A stretch of 64,000 nt of DNA, from IMG/VR virus record IMGVR_UViG_3300021373_002787, positions 22,217 through 86,216 of that record. One strand, 5' to 3'. A program made the translations under genes and the position numbers. Positions 9,188 through 18,424 of the stretch are shown here, one piece after another. Numbering within the stretch: position 1 is the stretch's first letter; every line of letters starts with the position of its first letter. Origin of the DNA: a virus. The notes below the pieces were generated by a model that did no database searches, was not told where the DNA came from, and worked only from the letters and a program-made list of their open reading frames with translations.

Positions 9188-10588
9188 CTACTTAAATTTT
9201 TTTTTAAGTTCATGTGCTTTTTCGTAGTATTCATATGAGGTCTTTTTATAGTCTTTACGTTGAGCATATAGATCACTCAGGATTCTTTTAAGAATTGAGT
9301 CCTCTTTTGAATAGACTACACCATTTTCACAGACAATTTCATCAGGATTCTTCCTACGTTCTTCGATTTGATCCTTTGGTATCATATCGATATATGCATC
9401 AGGAGAAATGTTAAACTGTCTCATAACTGACGGATATAGGGATGCGAAGTCAAATGCACTTACTCCAGAATAATAACCGACGATTGGTTGTTTTACAAAT
9501 GCTCCAGCATATTTACCGTCCTTCTTGCCTTCTTCTCGATTGTAATCAACTCCAATCTTATGATTTGTTTCAGTAAGCTTTCTAGCCATTAGAGCCTCGG
9601 TAACTGCCACTGGAGAAGCTGCTTTGTAAAGTGGCATCTGTGTAATTGTTGCAAGAGTCAAGAGTACTTCCATTGACTTTAACTTTTGGTCAATGTAATA
9701 TACGAGTATTGAATCGACAACATTATAATAAACATACTTTTGAAAGTCGTTTTCATAAAGGTCCTGTAGACCTCCAGTATATTTAATCTTTGCGACATCA
9801 AGTACTTGACCTGAAACAAAATCGAGTTTATTTGACTCTTTTACTTTTACACTTCGATCATACTTATCATAAAGTTGCATATAATCGAGAATGCCCATAT
9901 GGAGAGGACGACTATCATTATTATCAAGAGAACCGGTAACTGCAACATCCGTTAAGTCAATTTGAAGTCTCTTACAACGATTAACAATATACTGCCAGTC
10001 ATAATTGATAAAGTTCCAGCCTGTCATCATTGGAAACTTAGGAAGGAATTTATGTAAGAACGTATACAACATATTGTATTCGTCTTTAAACTTATAATAA
10101 CTAAACTCCCAGTCCTGATCGTACTTTTTAAAGTGCTTAAGTGTATCGTCTTCGATCTTTTTAATTTGTTCAGCTGACAAATCTTCAAGACCCAGCACGA
10201 TTGCCTTTCTCTCAGGTGTGATTATTGAGAATGTTAAGATTCTACTCTTAGCCTCTTCTGCTCTTGGAAAACCATCGAGGATTTCAGTTTCAATATCGAC
10301 AAAGTATGTTCGTGGAATATTAAACTCAAATATTTCTTCGCGATCGCGTTCTGGTAGAGAATCCATAAAATAAACAAGCGAGAACTTATTAAATGATCTC
10401 GCTCGCTGTCTTTTAATAGGTCTTCCGTCCCAATTTGTGAAACTTCCGTCTTTCCACTTATCTTTTTCTTCTGTAACTACCCAATTCTCGAATTGACTGA
10501 CTGGGTACCTCTTAAATGCTACTTTACCCTCTTTGTTATAATATGATACGATTACCTCTTGGTCTTTTTGTTCTATATCTAATAGCAT
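9188..10588 (-). CDS. Family B DNA polymerase, N-terminal subunit (3'-5' exonuclease plus motif A; gp43A-like)
   Basis: ExoI VDIET, ExoII GWNFINYD, ExoIII YNVVD, motif A FDFASLYPS, NISPD; ends after the first fingers helix. Confidence 0.93.
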   Translation of the reverse strand: MLLDIEQKDQEVIVSYYNKEGKVAFKRYPVSQFENWVVTEEKDKWKDGSFTNWDGRPIKRQRARSFNKFSLVYFMDSLPERDREEIFEFNIPRTYFVDIETEILDGFPRAEEAKSRILTFSIITPERKAIVLGLEDLSAEQIKKIEDDTLKHFKKYDQDWEFSYYKFKDEYNMLYTFLHKFLPKFPMMTGWNFINYDWQYIVNRCKRLQIDLTDVAVTGSLDNNDSRPLHMGILDYMQLYDKYDRSVKVKESNKLDFVSGQVLDVAKIKYTGGLQDLYENDFQKYVYYNVVDSILVYYIDQKLKSMEVLLTLATITQMPLYKAASPVAVTEALMARKLTETNHKIGVDYNREEGKKDGKYAGAFVKQPIVGYYSGVSAFDFASLYPSVMRQFNISPDAYIDMIPKDQIEERRKNPDEIVCENGVVYSKEDSILKRILSDLYAQRKDYKKTSYEYYEKAHELKKKFK

Positions 10589-10611
10589 TCAACTTATATT
10601 TTAATTAGTGT

Positions 10612-10638
10612 TTATATACGAGAATCGTGAGATGTTTC
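10612..10638 (-). promoter_or_regulatory. Putative GAAAC-N17-TATAA promoter upstream of the polymerase N-subunit
   Basis: GAAAC-atctcacgattctcgta-TATAA, within the 3' end of mgsA. Confidence 0.7.
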
Positions 10639-11013
10639 CACCCGGCTACTTAAATATTTAGCAATAATATGGGCTGCTTTATAATTTGTTGCAAGCGGTA
10701 CATTATGAACATCACATAGCCGCATTAGCATTGAAATATCTACATCATGTGGGTGTTTGTCGAGTGGGTCTCTAAAAAAGATAACTGCATCCATTTCTTT
10801 TCGGGCAACCATTGCTCCGATTTCTGCATCTCCTCCAAGAGGACCACTGTTGACGCGCTCTACCTTTTCCACTCCAGCGTGCAAGATGCTGGATCCTGTT
10901 GTTCCCGTTGCTACAAGTTCTACGTCTTCCCGGTTGAAAAAGTCTAGTCTCTTCATAACAAAGGCAACCATGTCGGCCTTTTTGCCATCGTGTGCTATTA
11001 GTGCTATTTTCAT
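10612..11013 (-). CDS. mgsA: Methylglyoxal synthase
   Basis: IALIAHDGKK, ATGTTG, SGPLGGDAEIG, FFRDPL, PHDVD, CDVHNVPLATN. Confidence 0.95.
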   Translation of the reverse strand: MKIALIAHDGKKADMVAFVMKRLDFFNREDVELVATGTTGSSILHAGVEKVERVNSGPLGGDAEIGAMVARKEMDAVIFFRDPLDKHPHDVDISMLMRLCDVHNVPLATNYKAAHIIAKYLSSRVETSHDSRI

Positions 11014-11615
11014 TTATTATCATTTAAAAATTTAAGTATTTTATCCTTTATGCCGGACTGCTTAATTCCTTCGTTAGATCTTGGAGTATGTACAAAATTG
11101 ATTAAACCTGGCTTATTATCCGAGCCATCTTTTGCCGCAAACCTATCTCCTAAGAATTCAACTCCCATATCTAAATCATCAATTGCAACCCAGTCCGTAA
11201 CCTCGTTGTTATCTAACCAGTGTTGAATTTCCATACTGCGCTCTAATTCAAGATCTGCCCTAGATCTCAACCTCGACCATTCACTTGGAAATAAGTCTTT
11301 AAACATTCCAGTAGCGTCAATCGGTCTCTTTATAATACCCTGAGACTCGTAGTAATCTCCCAATTCTTCCAGGTTTGCATGAAATCTCCAATCTGATGAT
11401 ACTACTATCTCCGCTCCTGTTTCTTCTAGGATTGAGTTAAGTAATTTGACTGCTTTCTTGTCAAAGTTATCGAAACGCACTTCAACTGGCCCATTAGCAC
11501 CAAAGCCTCTACGGGGGTTATCTTCGGTAAAGAATGCCCTCTGTTTTTTAAAGCGAGTGCCCCAGTTATTTGAGAGGCAGATTACACCATCATTGTCCAA
11601 AAAGATTACCTTCAT
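11010..11615 (-). CDS. HAD-superfamily phosphatase (Swiss-Army-knife RNA-repair type)
   Basis: KVIFLDNDGVI, IVVSSDWR, EIQHWL, WVAIDD; start at MKVIF. Confidence 0.85.
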   Translation of the reverse strand: MKVIFLDNDGVICLSNNWGTRFKKQRAFFTEDNPRRGFGANGPVEVRFDNFDKKAVKLLNSILEETGAEIVVSSDWRFHANLEELGDYYESQGIIKRPIDATGMFKDLFPSEWSRLRSRADLELERSMEIQHWLDNNEVTDWVAIDDLDMGVEFLGDRFAAKDGSDNKPGLINFVHTPRSNEGIKQSGIKDKILKFLNDNK

Positions 11616-11620
11616 ATCGT

Positions 11621-11647
11621 TTATATAGGCAGGTTTACACTTGTTTC
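11621..11647 (-). promoter_or_regulatory. Putative GAAAC-N17-TATAA promoter upstream of the HAD gene and mgsA
   Basis: GAAAC-aagtgtaaacctgccta-TATAA. Confidence 0.65.
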
Positions 11648-11663
11648 CTATGCTAATATAAAC

Positions 11664-11691
11664 AAAAAGCCTGACATAAAAAATGTCAGGC
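11664..11691 (-). terminator. Rho-independent terminator closing the leader-family array
   Basis: GCCTGACAT/ATGTCAGGC 9-bp stem plus T5 on the minus strand. Confidence 0.7.
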
Positions 11692-11727
11692 CAATTATTT
11701 TGCAAAAGTGAGTGTTTTATTTATATC

Positions 11728-12048
11728 TTAATAAAGATCATCAAGTAGTGTTTGTAGACGATACACTAACTCACCCCACATATCAGAACCTGTTGAGACA
11801 GGTTCTAACCCAAGTTTATCAAAGCGTTTTGTTTTAGGTTTATATTTTCTCTTAATATTTTTTAGAGATTGTTCTAAATCTTTTTTTGCATCTGTTACTA
11901 AAGATTCATATTCATCTACAAGGCTATTGTAATCATCAACCCATTTATTTATGTCTTCTGCATCACTTTCTACAAGATCTTGAAGCGACATGGCCTCATT
12001 AACGAAGTCATTGCTTAAAAAGCTCTCAAATGTTTTTAAATGTTTCAT
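11728..12048 (-). CDS. Leader-family protein (MKHLKTFESF...FVNE)
   Basis: Leader motif followed by a coiled-coil cargo. Confidence 0.75.
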   Translation of the reverse strand: MKHLKTFESFLSNDFVNEAMSLQDLVESDAEDINKWVDDYNSLVDEYESLVTDAKKDLEQSLKNIKRKYKPKTKRFDKLGLEPVSTGSDMWGELVYRLQTLLDDLY

Positions 12049-12100
12049 TTTTCTACGTTTTTTTTCAGTGCCGCTAGTTTAATAAAGTAAAGTGAGTATT

Positions 12101-12652
12101 TTATCTAAAGTCCGCTCTAACTTTAAACTTTCTATCTTTAATAATGTTATTCATCTCGTTAGAAAGGTAGGCTAAGATTTCCATCTGAGCATTCTTAGCA
12201 GCTTCATCAACAGAATCTTCGGACATATATCTTGAAAAATCTTCCCAATTATTTGCAGTTTCTTTATACCAATCTTTAAACTCTTCAATTAGGTTCGTTG
12301 CTGGTACATCAAAACTCGGTAGTTCAATATATTCTTCATTGACTTTAGATTCATTAACTGTAAGTTCGTATCTGTACTTAAATGCTTTATCTGCTGTAGA
12401 CTTTGACATCGTTTTAGCTTTGATGCCCATCTTTTTAAGTTTAGCTTCAGTTTCTTTGCGATCGTAATTATCTTCAAATCTTAAAACTAATTGATTACCC
12501 CAGTTTTCACTTTCGACATACTCAACAGAGTTTGCACCTATGCCATATGGGTTGTCTTTATACTTATTTACAAGATCTTGAAATGTGATTGCCTCATTTG
12601 TAAGTTCACTAGCTTCATTTACAAATGATTCAAAGTTATTTAAGTGTTTCAT
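12101..12652 (-). CDS. Leader-family protein (MKHLNNFESFVNE) with internal VNE/TNE sites
   Basis: Leader motif; internal LTNE, VNES and VNEE. Confidence 0.75.
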   Translation of the reverse strand: MKHLNNFESFVNEASELTNEAITFQDLVNKYKDNPYGIGANSVEYVESENWGNQLVLRFEDNYDRKETEAKLKKMGIKAKTMSKSTADKAFKYRYELTVNESKVNEEYIELPSFDVPATNLIEEFKDWYKETANNWEDFSRYMSEDSVDEAAKNAQMEILAYLSNEMNNIIKDRKFKVRADFR

Positions 12653-12663
12653 AATTATTTAAT

Positions 12664-13269
12664 TTATTTTACTTTAATTTCAGTTCTAATCTGTAAGGTC
12701 GATCTTCCTCCATAAATACCGATAACAAATGAAGGTATAATTTTATTTATGTCAAGCAAATATTGAAATGGAACAGCAGTTACCGGCAATTCTATAAACC
12801 AGACCCCATAATTATTATTAGCACTCATTTGATATTTTTTGAATGGTAATATTTTCACCAATTCGTTAATGATGTTTTCAACCTCTTGAGGGTATTCTCC
12901 AGTTTTGGCTTCATTTACAAAGGATTCAAAGTTATTTAAGTGTTTCATTTTTCTTTTCTTTTTTTTGTATTCCTCTTCTGCATCGCCTTGGCCTGCAGGA
13001 ACATCACCAGAACCGTTCTCTGTAGATGTTGGAAGCTTGACTGGTCCGATTCCTCCGACGCTATCAATTGAGATATTTTCAACAACCTCTGGGAGGCCTT
13101 CGTGTTTTGTTTCTGCAAAACCTTTTAATTGTTTTAGAGTCATACCACTGACAAGATCTTTTACTTTGTCTCTATAATCTGAATCGACGTCCGAAATCTG
13201 CATATCGCCCTTTTTAACAGCGTATGCTACTCCCATTAATCTTTGCTGTGTTTTACTTTGACTTGGCAT
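12664..13269 (-). CDS. DUF3008-like N-terminal domain fused to a leader-family module
   Basis: MPSQSKTQQRLMG...FAETKHEGLP; internal MKHLNNFESFVNE starting at 12948. Confidence 0.7.
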   Translation of the reverse strand: MPSQSKTQQRLMGVAYAVKKGDMQISDVDSDYRDKVKDLVSGMTLKQLKGFAETKHEGLPEVVENISIDSVGGIGPVKLPTSTENGSGDVPAGQGDAEEEYKKKKRKMKHLNNFESFVNEAKTGEYPQEVENIINELVKILPFKKYQMSANNNYGVWFIELPVTAVPFQYLLDINKIIPSFVIGIYGGRSTLQIRTEIKVK

Positions 13270-13315
13270 TTACGAAATCTTCATATAGTTTTACGTGCTC
13301 TATTGTTTAAATATT

Positions 13316-13681
13316 TTATAGCTTTAGCCCTATCGAAATTGCAGTTACATATTCTTTGGCGTAAGCAGGTGATCTTTTAGATTTACTTACAAATGGTAAT
13401 TTCTTAATGCTTGATATGGCCCGCTTTACATCAAACTTATCTAATACATGGTTTCGTTCTGCTAGGTCTGTTGCCGTTGCCGTTAAATTATATCCACCAA
13501 TTTTATTATCATAACTTGGCAAAGCTTGTATTTTCCAGTACATGTGTCCTGTTGCTTTATAAAGATCATCTTTGATTTCCTTTTTGTGGGCGTCTACTGC
13601 ATCGACAACTTTTTTGTAATCTTCTCTGCTCATAGATTCATTTACGATTAAGAATTCTTCAAATAATTTTACGTGTTTCAT
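13316..13681 (-). CDS. Leader-family protein (MKHVKLFEEFLIVNE)
   Basis: Leader motif. Confidence 0.75.
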   Translation of the reverse strand: MKHVKLFEEFLIVNESMSREDYKKVVDAVDAHKKEIKDDLYKATGHMYWKIQALPSYDNKIGGYNLTATATDLAERNHVLDKFDVKRAISSIKKLPFVSKSKRSPAYAKEYVTAISIGLKL

Positions 13682-13692
13682 TTTTATTTTGA

Positions 13693-13887
13693 TTAGAATT
13701 TTTGATATTTTGATGTAAAATCTATCATTTGGGGTCCCATTTTCCTAATAAAATCAATAGTTTGTTGAGATATATCTGAAGTGTTTTCTAAATAATCACA
13801 AGCTTCTTCAATTTCTTTCTTTAATGCTGATGTAGAGATTACCTTTGCTTCATTTACGAAATGTTCAAGTAATTTTACGTGTTTCAT
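13693..13887 (-). CDS. Leader-family protein (MKHVKLLEHFVNE)
   Basis: Leader motif; 64 aa. Confidence 0.72.
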   Translation of the reverse strand: MKHVKLLEHFVNEAKVISTSALKKEIEEACDYLENTSDISQQTIDFIRKMGPQMIDFTSKYQKF

Positions 13888-13908
13888 TTTTATTAGTATA
13901 GTTTTTAA

Positions 13909-16005
13909 TTACCAAACGTAATCCATTTTTTTAATCTTAGAGATTCTGTCTTTAATTGACTTAGCGTAGTTCTTCACTTCTCTTGAATAGTAATTGCTAC
14001 TATATCCTTCTTCTTCTTCACGCTTTGCTTGATTTGTATAGTCTACATATCTGTTAAAATCATCTAGAAGATTTTGCATTGCGTTTGAAGCATCTCTTAG
14101 TTTAACCTCACGGCCTTTAGGATCCTTTCCGATGATAACATCTCCCCATTTTCCTTTAGCACCAGTAGCTAAACCATCTTTAATTTGAGAGGTAACTACA
14201 TCAATTGCATTTAAGACTTCTTTATCGATAGGCATTTTAGCAGCTCTATCTGCTAGGATCATGTGGTATCTGTCAAGATTTTCTTTCTTAAAGTCTTTAT
14301 CATTTTTAAACGCGATTGCTCCTTTTCTTGCAGTAGTTCTTTCATCACGTTTTGCCGAGGTAGAATATCTTGCTTTTAAAATGTCAAGATCAAGAACATA
14401 TGCTCTATCAGCAAGTTCAGCTACTTTAGTAATACTTGAGATTCCAGATCCCCATGAGTCTCTAGCGTTAGATTTATTAAACCCAACAGCATCTTCTTTT
14501 TTAGATGTTTTTAATGTTCTATCTCTTGATCCTCCTAGTCTCCTTTGATATCCACTGGCAAGCCATTCATTTTTTCCATTAGTTGCACCTAATAGTGTGT
14601 TTGCGGGAATAGTTTTGTGCCAGGAGTCCGCTGCATATGGGTTCTCCTTTTCATTGGTTGTAAAATACAGATAAACCGCATTGTTTCTCTTTTCTTTTCT
14701 TGCTTCAACTGGATCCATTTCGATAATATCTACATCTTGGATTTTATCAAGTTGAATCTTTGCCATACCGTAGAACACTTTAGCAAAATCTTTTTGCATA
14801 GAGCTTGCGCCCGTTAAGATTGACTGTAACTTCATTGATTGAAATGCTTCTGCAATCATCTCTTCAGATTCATTAACTGACTCTTTTAGTGTTTCAACGA
14901 ATTCATTAAATGATTCGTATATAAAATTATTTTTCATTTCTTTATTATTTTTATTATTTTTTGATTCAAATGTTCCTGTTGATGCTAGGTTGTAAAGGTG
15001 GTCGGCAATCTTTTTAGCTTTTGAACCTTTATGTCCATAAGTTGCAACTGTTTCTTCAGCCTCTTCGGGCATCATCTCTGTTAATTCCCACGGATCAAAC
15101 TCATCCATTAAATCATTTAAGATTTGTTTAGCCTCTTTTTCAAATTTATCAGCTTCGTTAACAAAAGATTCATCGAAGTTCCATCCTGTAATTTCTTCTT
15201 CAGGGATATCAATGTAATCCATTAAATACTCTGCAAACTCTTCTGCATCATCTCTATTCTTAAATTCGAATGTATTGGCAGAAGTCATCTTACCCATTTT
15301 AGAGTAATCAACTCTAAATGCTTCACCAGCTTCTCTAGCGTATCTTACAGACACTTCAATTGCTGGCTTTTTGGATTTAGATAGGTGGGTAGGTTTTTTA
15401 TGTTTTTTTAACCAATCGGTCTCGTGAAGTTGATCATCATCTTCTTCGTCTTCAACACCATCGCCGTCCTCATCATCGATTACGCTAGCATCAAGGCCAG
15501 TTCCTCTAGGTACACCAATTGTATCTGCTAGGGCTCCTGTAAGTCCTGGAGCCAGCTTTTTAGCTAGGTTTGGAGCTTTTTCCTCTAACTCTTCTTCTAG
15601 CTCTTCTGAGTTTTCTTTAATTGTAACTGGGAAAGTTTCTCCGTCAAATTCAAATTCTTCTTTACCTTCGTCTTTTGCTTTCTTAGCGGCAGCTACAAAC
15701 GCTCTTCCTTCTTCAATGATTGCAATTTGCGAAAGCGCTCTTTTTCCAAATGTAGAAAGCGAGATACCTTCTTCCGAAACGTTAAAGTATTTTGTATTTC
15801 TTCTGATCCACTTTGAAGAATCTTTAGAATATTCTTTTAAGATTGCATCAAATTCTTCCTGCGTAATTTTTCCGTCGGCAATTGCTTCAAGCATTTTATT
15901 TCTAACTCTAGCGCTTTTTCCAACTTGTACTGCAGGGTGATTTTCAGTGTATCTTCTCTTAAGGGTTATTTTACTTCCCTCATTTAAAAAATCTTGAAAA
16001 TTCAT
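13909..16005 (-). CDS. Large multi-module leader-family protein (MNFQDFLNE), putative internal head polyprotein
   Basis: Leader variant; internal FDESFVNE and FIYESFNEFVE...VNES; acidic linkers; GATATATA upstream. Confidence 0.7.
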   Translation of the reverse strand: MNFQDFLNEGSKITLKRRYTENHPAVQVGKSARVRNKMLEAIADGKITQEEFDAILKEYSKDSSKWIRRNTKYFNVSEEGISLSTFGKRALSQIAIIEEGRAFVAAAKKAKDEGKEEFEFDGETFPVTIKENSEELEEELEEKAPNLAKKLAPGLTGALADTIGVPRGTGLDASVIDDEDGDGVEDEEDDDQLHETDWLKKHKKPTHLSKSKKPAIEVSVRYAREAGEAFRVDYSKMGKMTSANTFEFKNRDDAEEFAEYLMDYIDIPEEEITGWNFDESFVNEADKFEKEAKQILNDLMDEFDPWELTEMMPEEAEETVATYGHKGSKAKKIADHLYNLASTGTFESKNNKNNKEMKNNFIYESFNEFVETLKESVNESEEMIAEAFQSMKLQSILTGASSMQKDFAKVFYGMAKIQLDKIQDVDIIEMDPVEARKEKRNNAVYLYFTTNEKENPYAADSWHKTIPANTLLGATNGKNEWLASGYQRRLGGSRDRTLKTSKKEDAVGFNKSNARDSWGSGISSITKVAELADRAYVLDLDILKARYSTSAKRDERTTARKGAIAFKNDKDFKKENLDRYHMILADRAAKMPIDKEVLNAIDVVTSQIKDGLATGAKGKWGDVIIGKDPKGREVKLRDASNAMQNLLDDFNRYVDYTNQAKREEEEGYSSNYYSREVKNYAKSIKDRISKIKKMDYVW

Positions 16006-16027
16006 ATTTAATTGTTTCTTTGTTTTT

Positions 16028-17293
16028 TTATATATCTTTCTTAACTAAGAACTGAGAAAACGTAAGAAGATTCGACTCATCGATAGGACTCTCTTGTGTT
16101 TTTAACTTTTGATGGTTCAAATAAGTCTTAAAAGGCATTACGCTTGATTCGTTACTCTTTAACATAACAATTGCCTCAATTTTATCGACAATTGTATTGA
16201 TTTGCTCCATTAAGTCTGCATTTATAATATCAGTCTCTTTTGCTCTTTTCTTTCTAAATGAACCAATTGCAATCTTATATAGTTCTGAAAGAACCCTATT
16301 GTTTACGTATTCAATTGTCTTTTCGTTCTTGATAAATTTAGTATTCAATTCAAATTCAGGTCGATCACTAAAGTCTGCGGAATCAAAACTAACACCAACA
16401 TATTTTGCTGCATTCTCATTAACATATGCGTTAAATACATTTGAAATTAGTTCAATGTATCTCTCGTCTGCTTGGTCTGATTCAAGTTGAATATTATCAA
16501 CATCATATTCAGAAAAGAACTCAACTAGGTCTAATAGTGAAATTTGATATGTGTCGCTTGGTTTTCTAGACTCACTAACCTCAGTTTTTGTTCCACTAAG
16601 TTTAAAGTTTTTTACCGTCTTGCCATCAAAGAAATTAATAACTAAAGAATCAATATCTCCATCAAGATCTTCATTAAGAGCCGTCTTACTTAACGAATTA
16701 TTAAAAATGTTATATGCTCTTCTGGTAAAACTTAACGCTTCATATGCTTGATTTCTTTCGGCATCACTCATTTCTAATAGTTTTACTAGCTCATCTTTCT
16801 GATGAGAACTCAATACTCCTTTAAAAACAACCTGTGGTCTTTGAACATCTAATTTATCTGCCCATTCAAAAAGAACCTTTGGGTCTCTAATAACCTTCTT
16901 TATTAGTGTATTGTCTAGAGGGTTCATTACCTGAATATGTGTTAAGATAAGCCCGTTCTTTGGTGTTTGATCGTATTTAATGTCAATTGTTTGACTGTCT
17001 GTCATGTAGTCAAAACCAAACTTCCAGTCAAGCGGCATTTCAGCCTTTGTCACGTCGTCAACCGATTCAAAATATTTAATTGCATTCTCATAATATTTAG
17101 CGATTGTGCGATCTACTTTATCCAACGGCTTCTTTTTACCACTCTTAAAATAGGTGTAACCAACTGAATCGTTTTGAACGTGAAACGAAGATGCCTGTAC
17201 TTTTTCAGTAACAACACATGGAGACTTTAGCATCTCCATAAAATCTTCTCTATTCGTTGATTCAAAATATGTATGTAAGCTTTGTAGTGCCAT
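16028..17293 (-). CDS. Hypothetical protein, possibly a degenerate RNA-ligase-like nucleotidyltransferase
   Basis: VVTEKVQASSF resembles ligase motif I (EKxDG); PQVVFKG; C-terminal leader-like LLTFSQFL. Confidence 0.45.
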   Translation of the reverse strand: MALQSLHTYFESTNREDFMEMLKSPCVVTEKVQASSFHVQNDSVGYTYFKSGKKKPLDKVDRTIAKYYENAIKYFESVDDVTKAEMPLDWKFGFDYMTDSQTIDIKYDQTPKNGLILTHIQVMNPLDNTLIKKVIRDPKVLFEWADKLDVQRPQVVFKGVLSSHQKDELVKLLEMSDAERNQAYEALSFTRRAYNIFNNSLSKTALNEDLDGDIDSLVINFFDGKTVKNFKLSGTKTEVSESRKPSDTYQISLLDLVEFFSEYDVDNIQLESDQADERYIELISNVFNAYVNENAAKYVGVSFDSADFSDRPEFELNTKFIKNEKTIEYVNNRVLSELYKIAIGSFRKKRAKETDIINADLMEQINTIVDKIEAIVMLKSNESSVMPFKTYLNHQKLKTQESPIDESNLLTFSQFLVKKDI

Positions 17294-17300
17294 AGTTTTA

Positions 17301-18416
17301 TTATTTAGCGATGTCTTCTGGTAGAGGCAGACCTGACATTCCTAGTTTAACTTCAAATTCTTTAAAGATCTCATCTCTCTTTTTAGGAAACTTAAACATT
17401 GATGAGTTAATTAAATCTCTTAAACTCTCATATGTCATTAAATCACTTACTTTTGCGCCATCGAAGAGAAGGTCTGCTATCTCTTCTGGTAGTCTTGTAA
17501 TTTCTTTATCGAATTCTTTTAGTAACTTTGCGTTTTTAACCAATCCTCTCTTACCAACAAATGATTTACGAACCTTTACAACTCCTTGATTCAAGCGAAT
17601 TACATATGCTTCGTACTCTTTTGTTTCTCCCTCTTCTGTTTGATCTATAATCTCAACAAATGATTTACCAATTGCCGACATTAGGAGGATGTTTCTATAT
17701 GCACCTTTATATTTTGACTCGTCTTTTGTAAAGTCTGGAGAGTGGTACATAAATCTACTCCAATTAATATCTCTTGATAACATTAGGTCGACTTGACCTA
17801 CTCCATTATTTGATTTACCCTCAATAGGAGCAGCGATTGATACCTGCTGGAATCCTACAGCCATTGAGGTGTCTAACCCTTTTTCTTTCAATAAATCATT
17901 CATATCGAAAAGAACTTTAGCCAGTGAAGTGTCTAAGTGTCCTGCAATCTTATCGGCAGAAACAGCAATATCAATATCTCCGCTAGTCTCTCCTGGATTC
18001 TTTTTTCCAGCGCTTCCAATAACTGCAGCATCCTCTCCGATACCAGCAATTCCAATATGAGGAAAAACATTTTTCTCGATCCATTCTAGAGTTGCTGCAA
18101 CTTCATGTTGTTCAAATGGTCTGGACTGTGCAATTGCATTACCACTTTCACTTACAAACTGTTCAAACGCAGCTGCAACATATTTACGACCGTGTTTATT
18201 ATGTAATATGTCTGAGATTAGACCTTCTTTGTCAATCCCTTTAGGGTTACCAATTTTATAACTTAGCGACCACATCTTTCTTAATTCAGCAGTTGACGTC
18301 TTTTTAAGTTTTTTGTACTCTCTGCGGATTGATTCAGGATCCCTCTTTGAAGAAAAGTTTGATCGCGGAATCTTATCTTCACTTACAAACTGTTCAAATA
18401 ATTTAACGTATTTCAT
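17301..18416 (-). CDS. Leader-family protein with a Pol-beta-like nucleotidyltransferase domain
   Basis: MKYVKLFEQFVSE; second FEQFVSE; IGSAGKK...SGDIDIAV...QVDLM. Confidence 0.8.
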   Translation of the reverse strand: MKYVKLFEQFVSEDKIPRSNFSSKRDPESIRREYKKLKKTSTAELRKMWSLSYKIGNPKGIDKEGLISDILHNKHGRKYVAAAFEQFVSESGNAIAQSRPFEQHEVAATLEWIEKNVFPHIGIAGIGEDAAVIGSAGKKNPGETSGDIDIAVSADKIAGHLDTSLAKVLFDMNDLLKEKGLDTSMAVGFQQVSIAAPIEGKSNNGVGQVDLMLSRDINWSRFMYHSPDFTKDESKYKGAYRNILLMSAIGKSFVEIIDQTEEGETKEYEAYVIRLNQGVVKVRKSFVGKRGLVKNAKLLKEFDKEITRLPEEIADLLFDGAKVSDLMTYESLRDLINSSMFKFPKKRDEIFKEFEVKLGMSGLPLPEDIAK

Positions 18417-18424
18417 CTCTATTT

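Noticed and set aside
4311-9188. Intron or split intein joining the polymerase halves
   Set aside because: No intein N-terminal (C/S block A) or C-terminal (HN-C/S/T) motifs; the intervening DNA holds ordinary genes and terminators.
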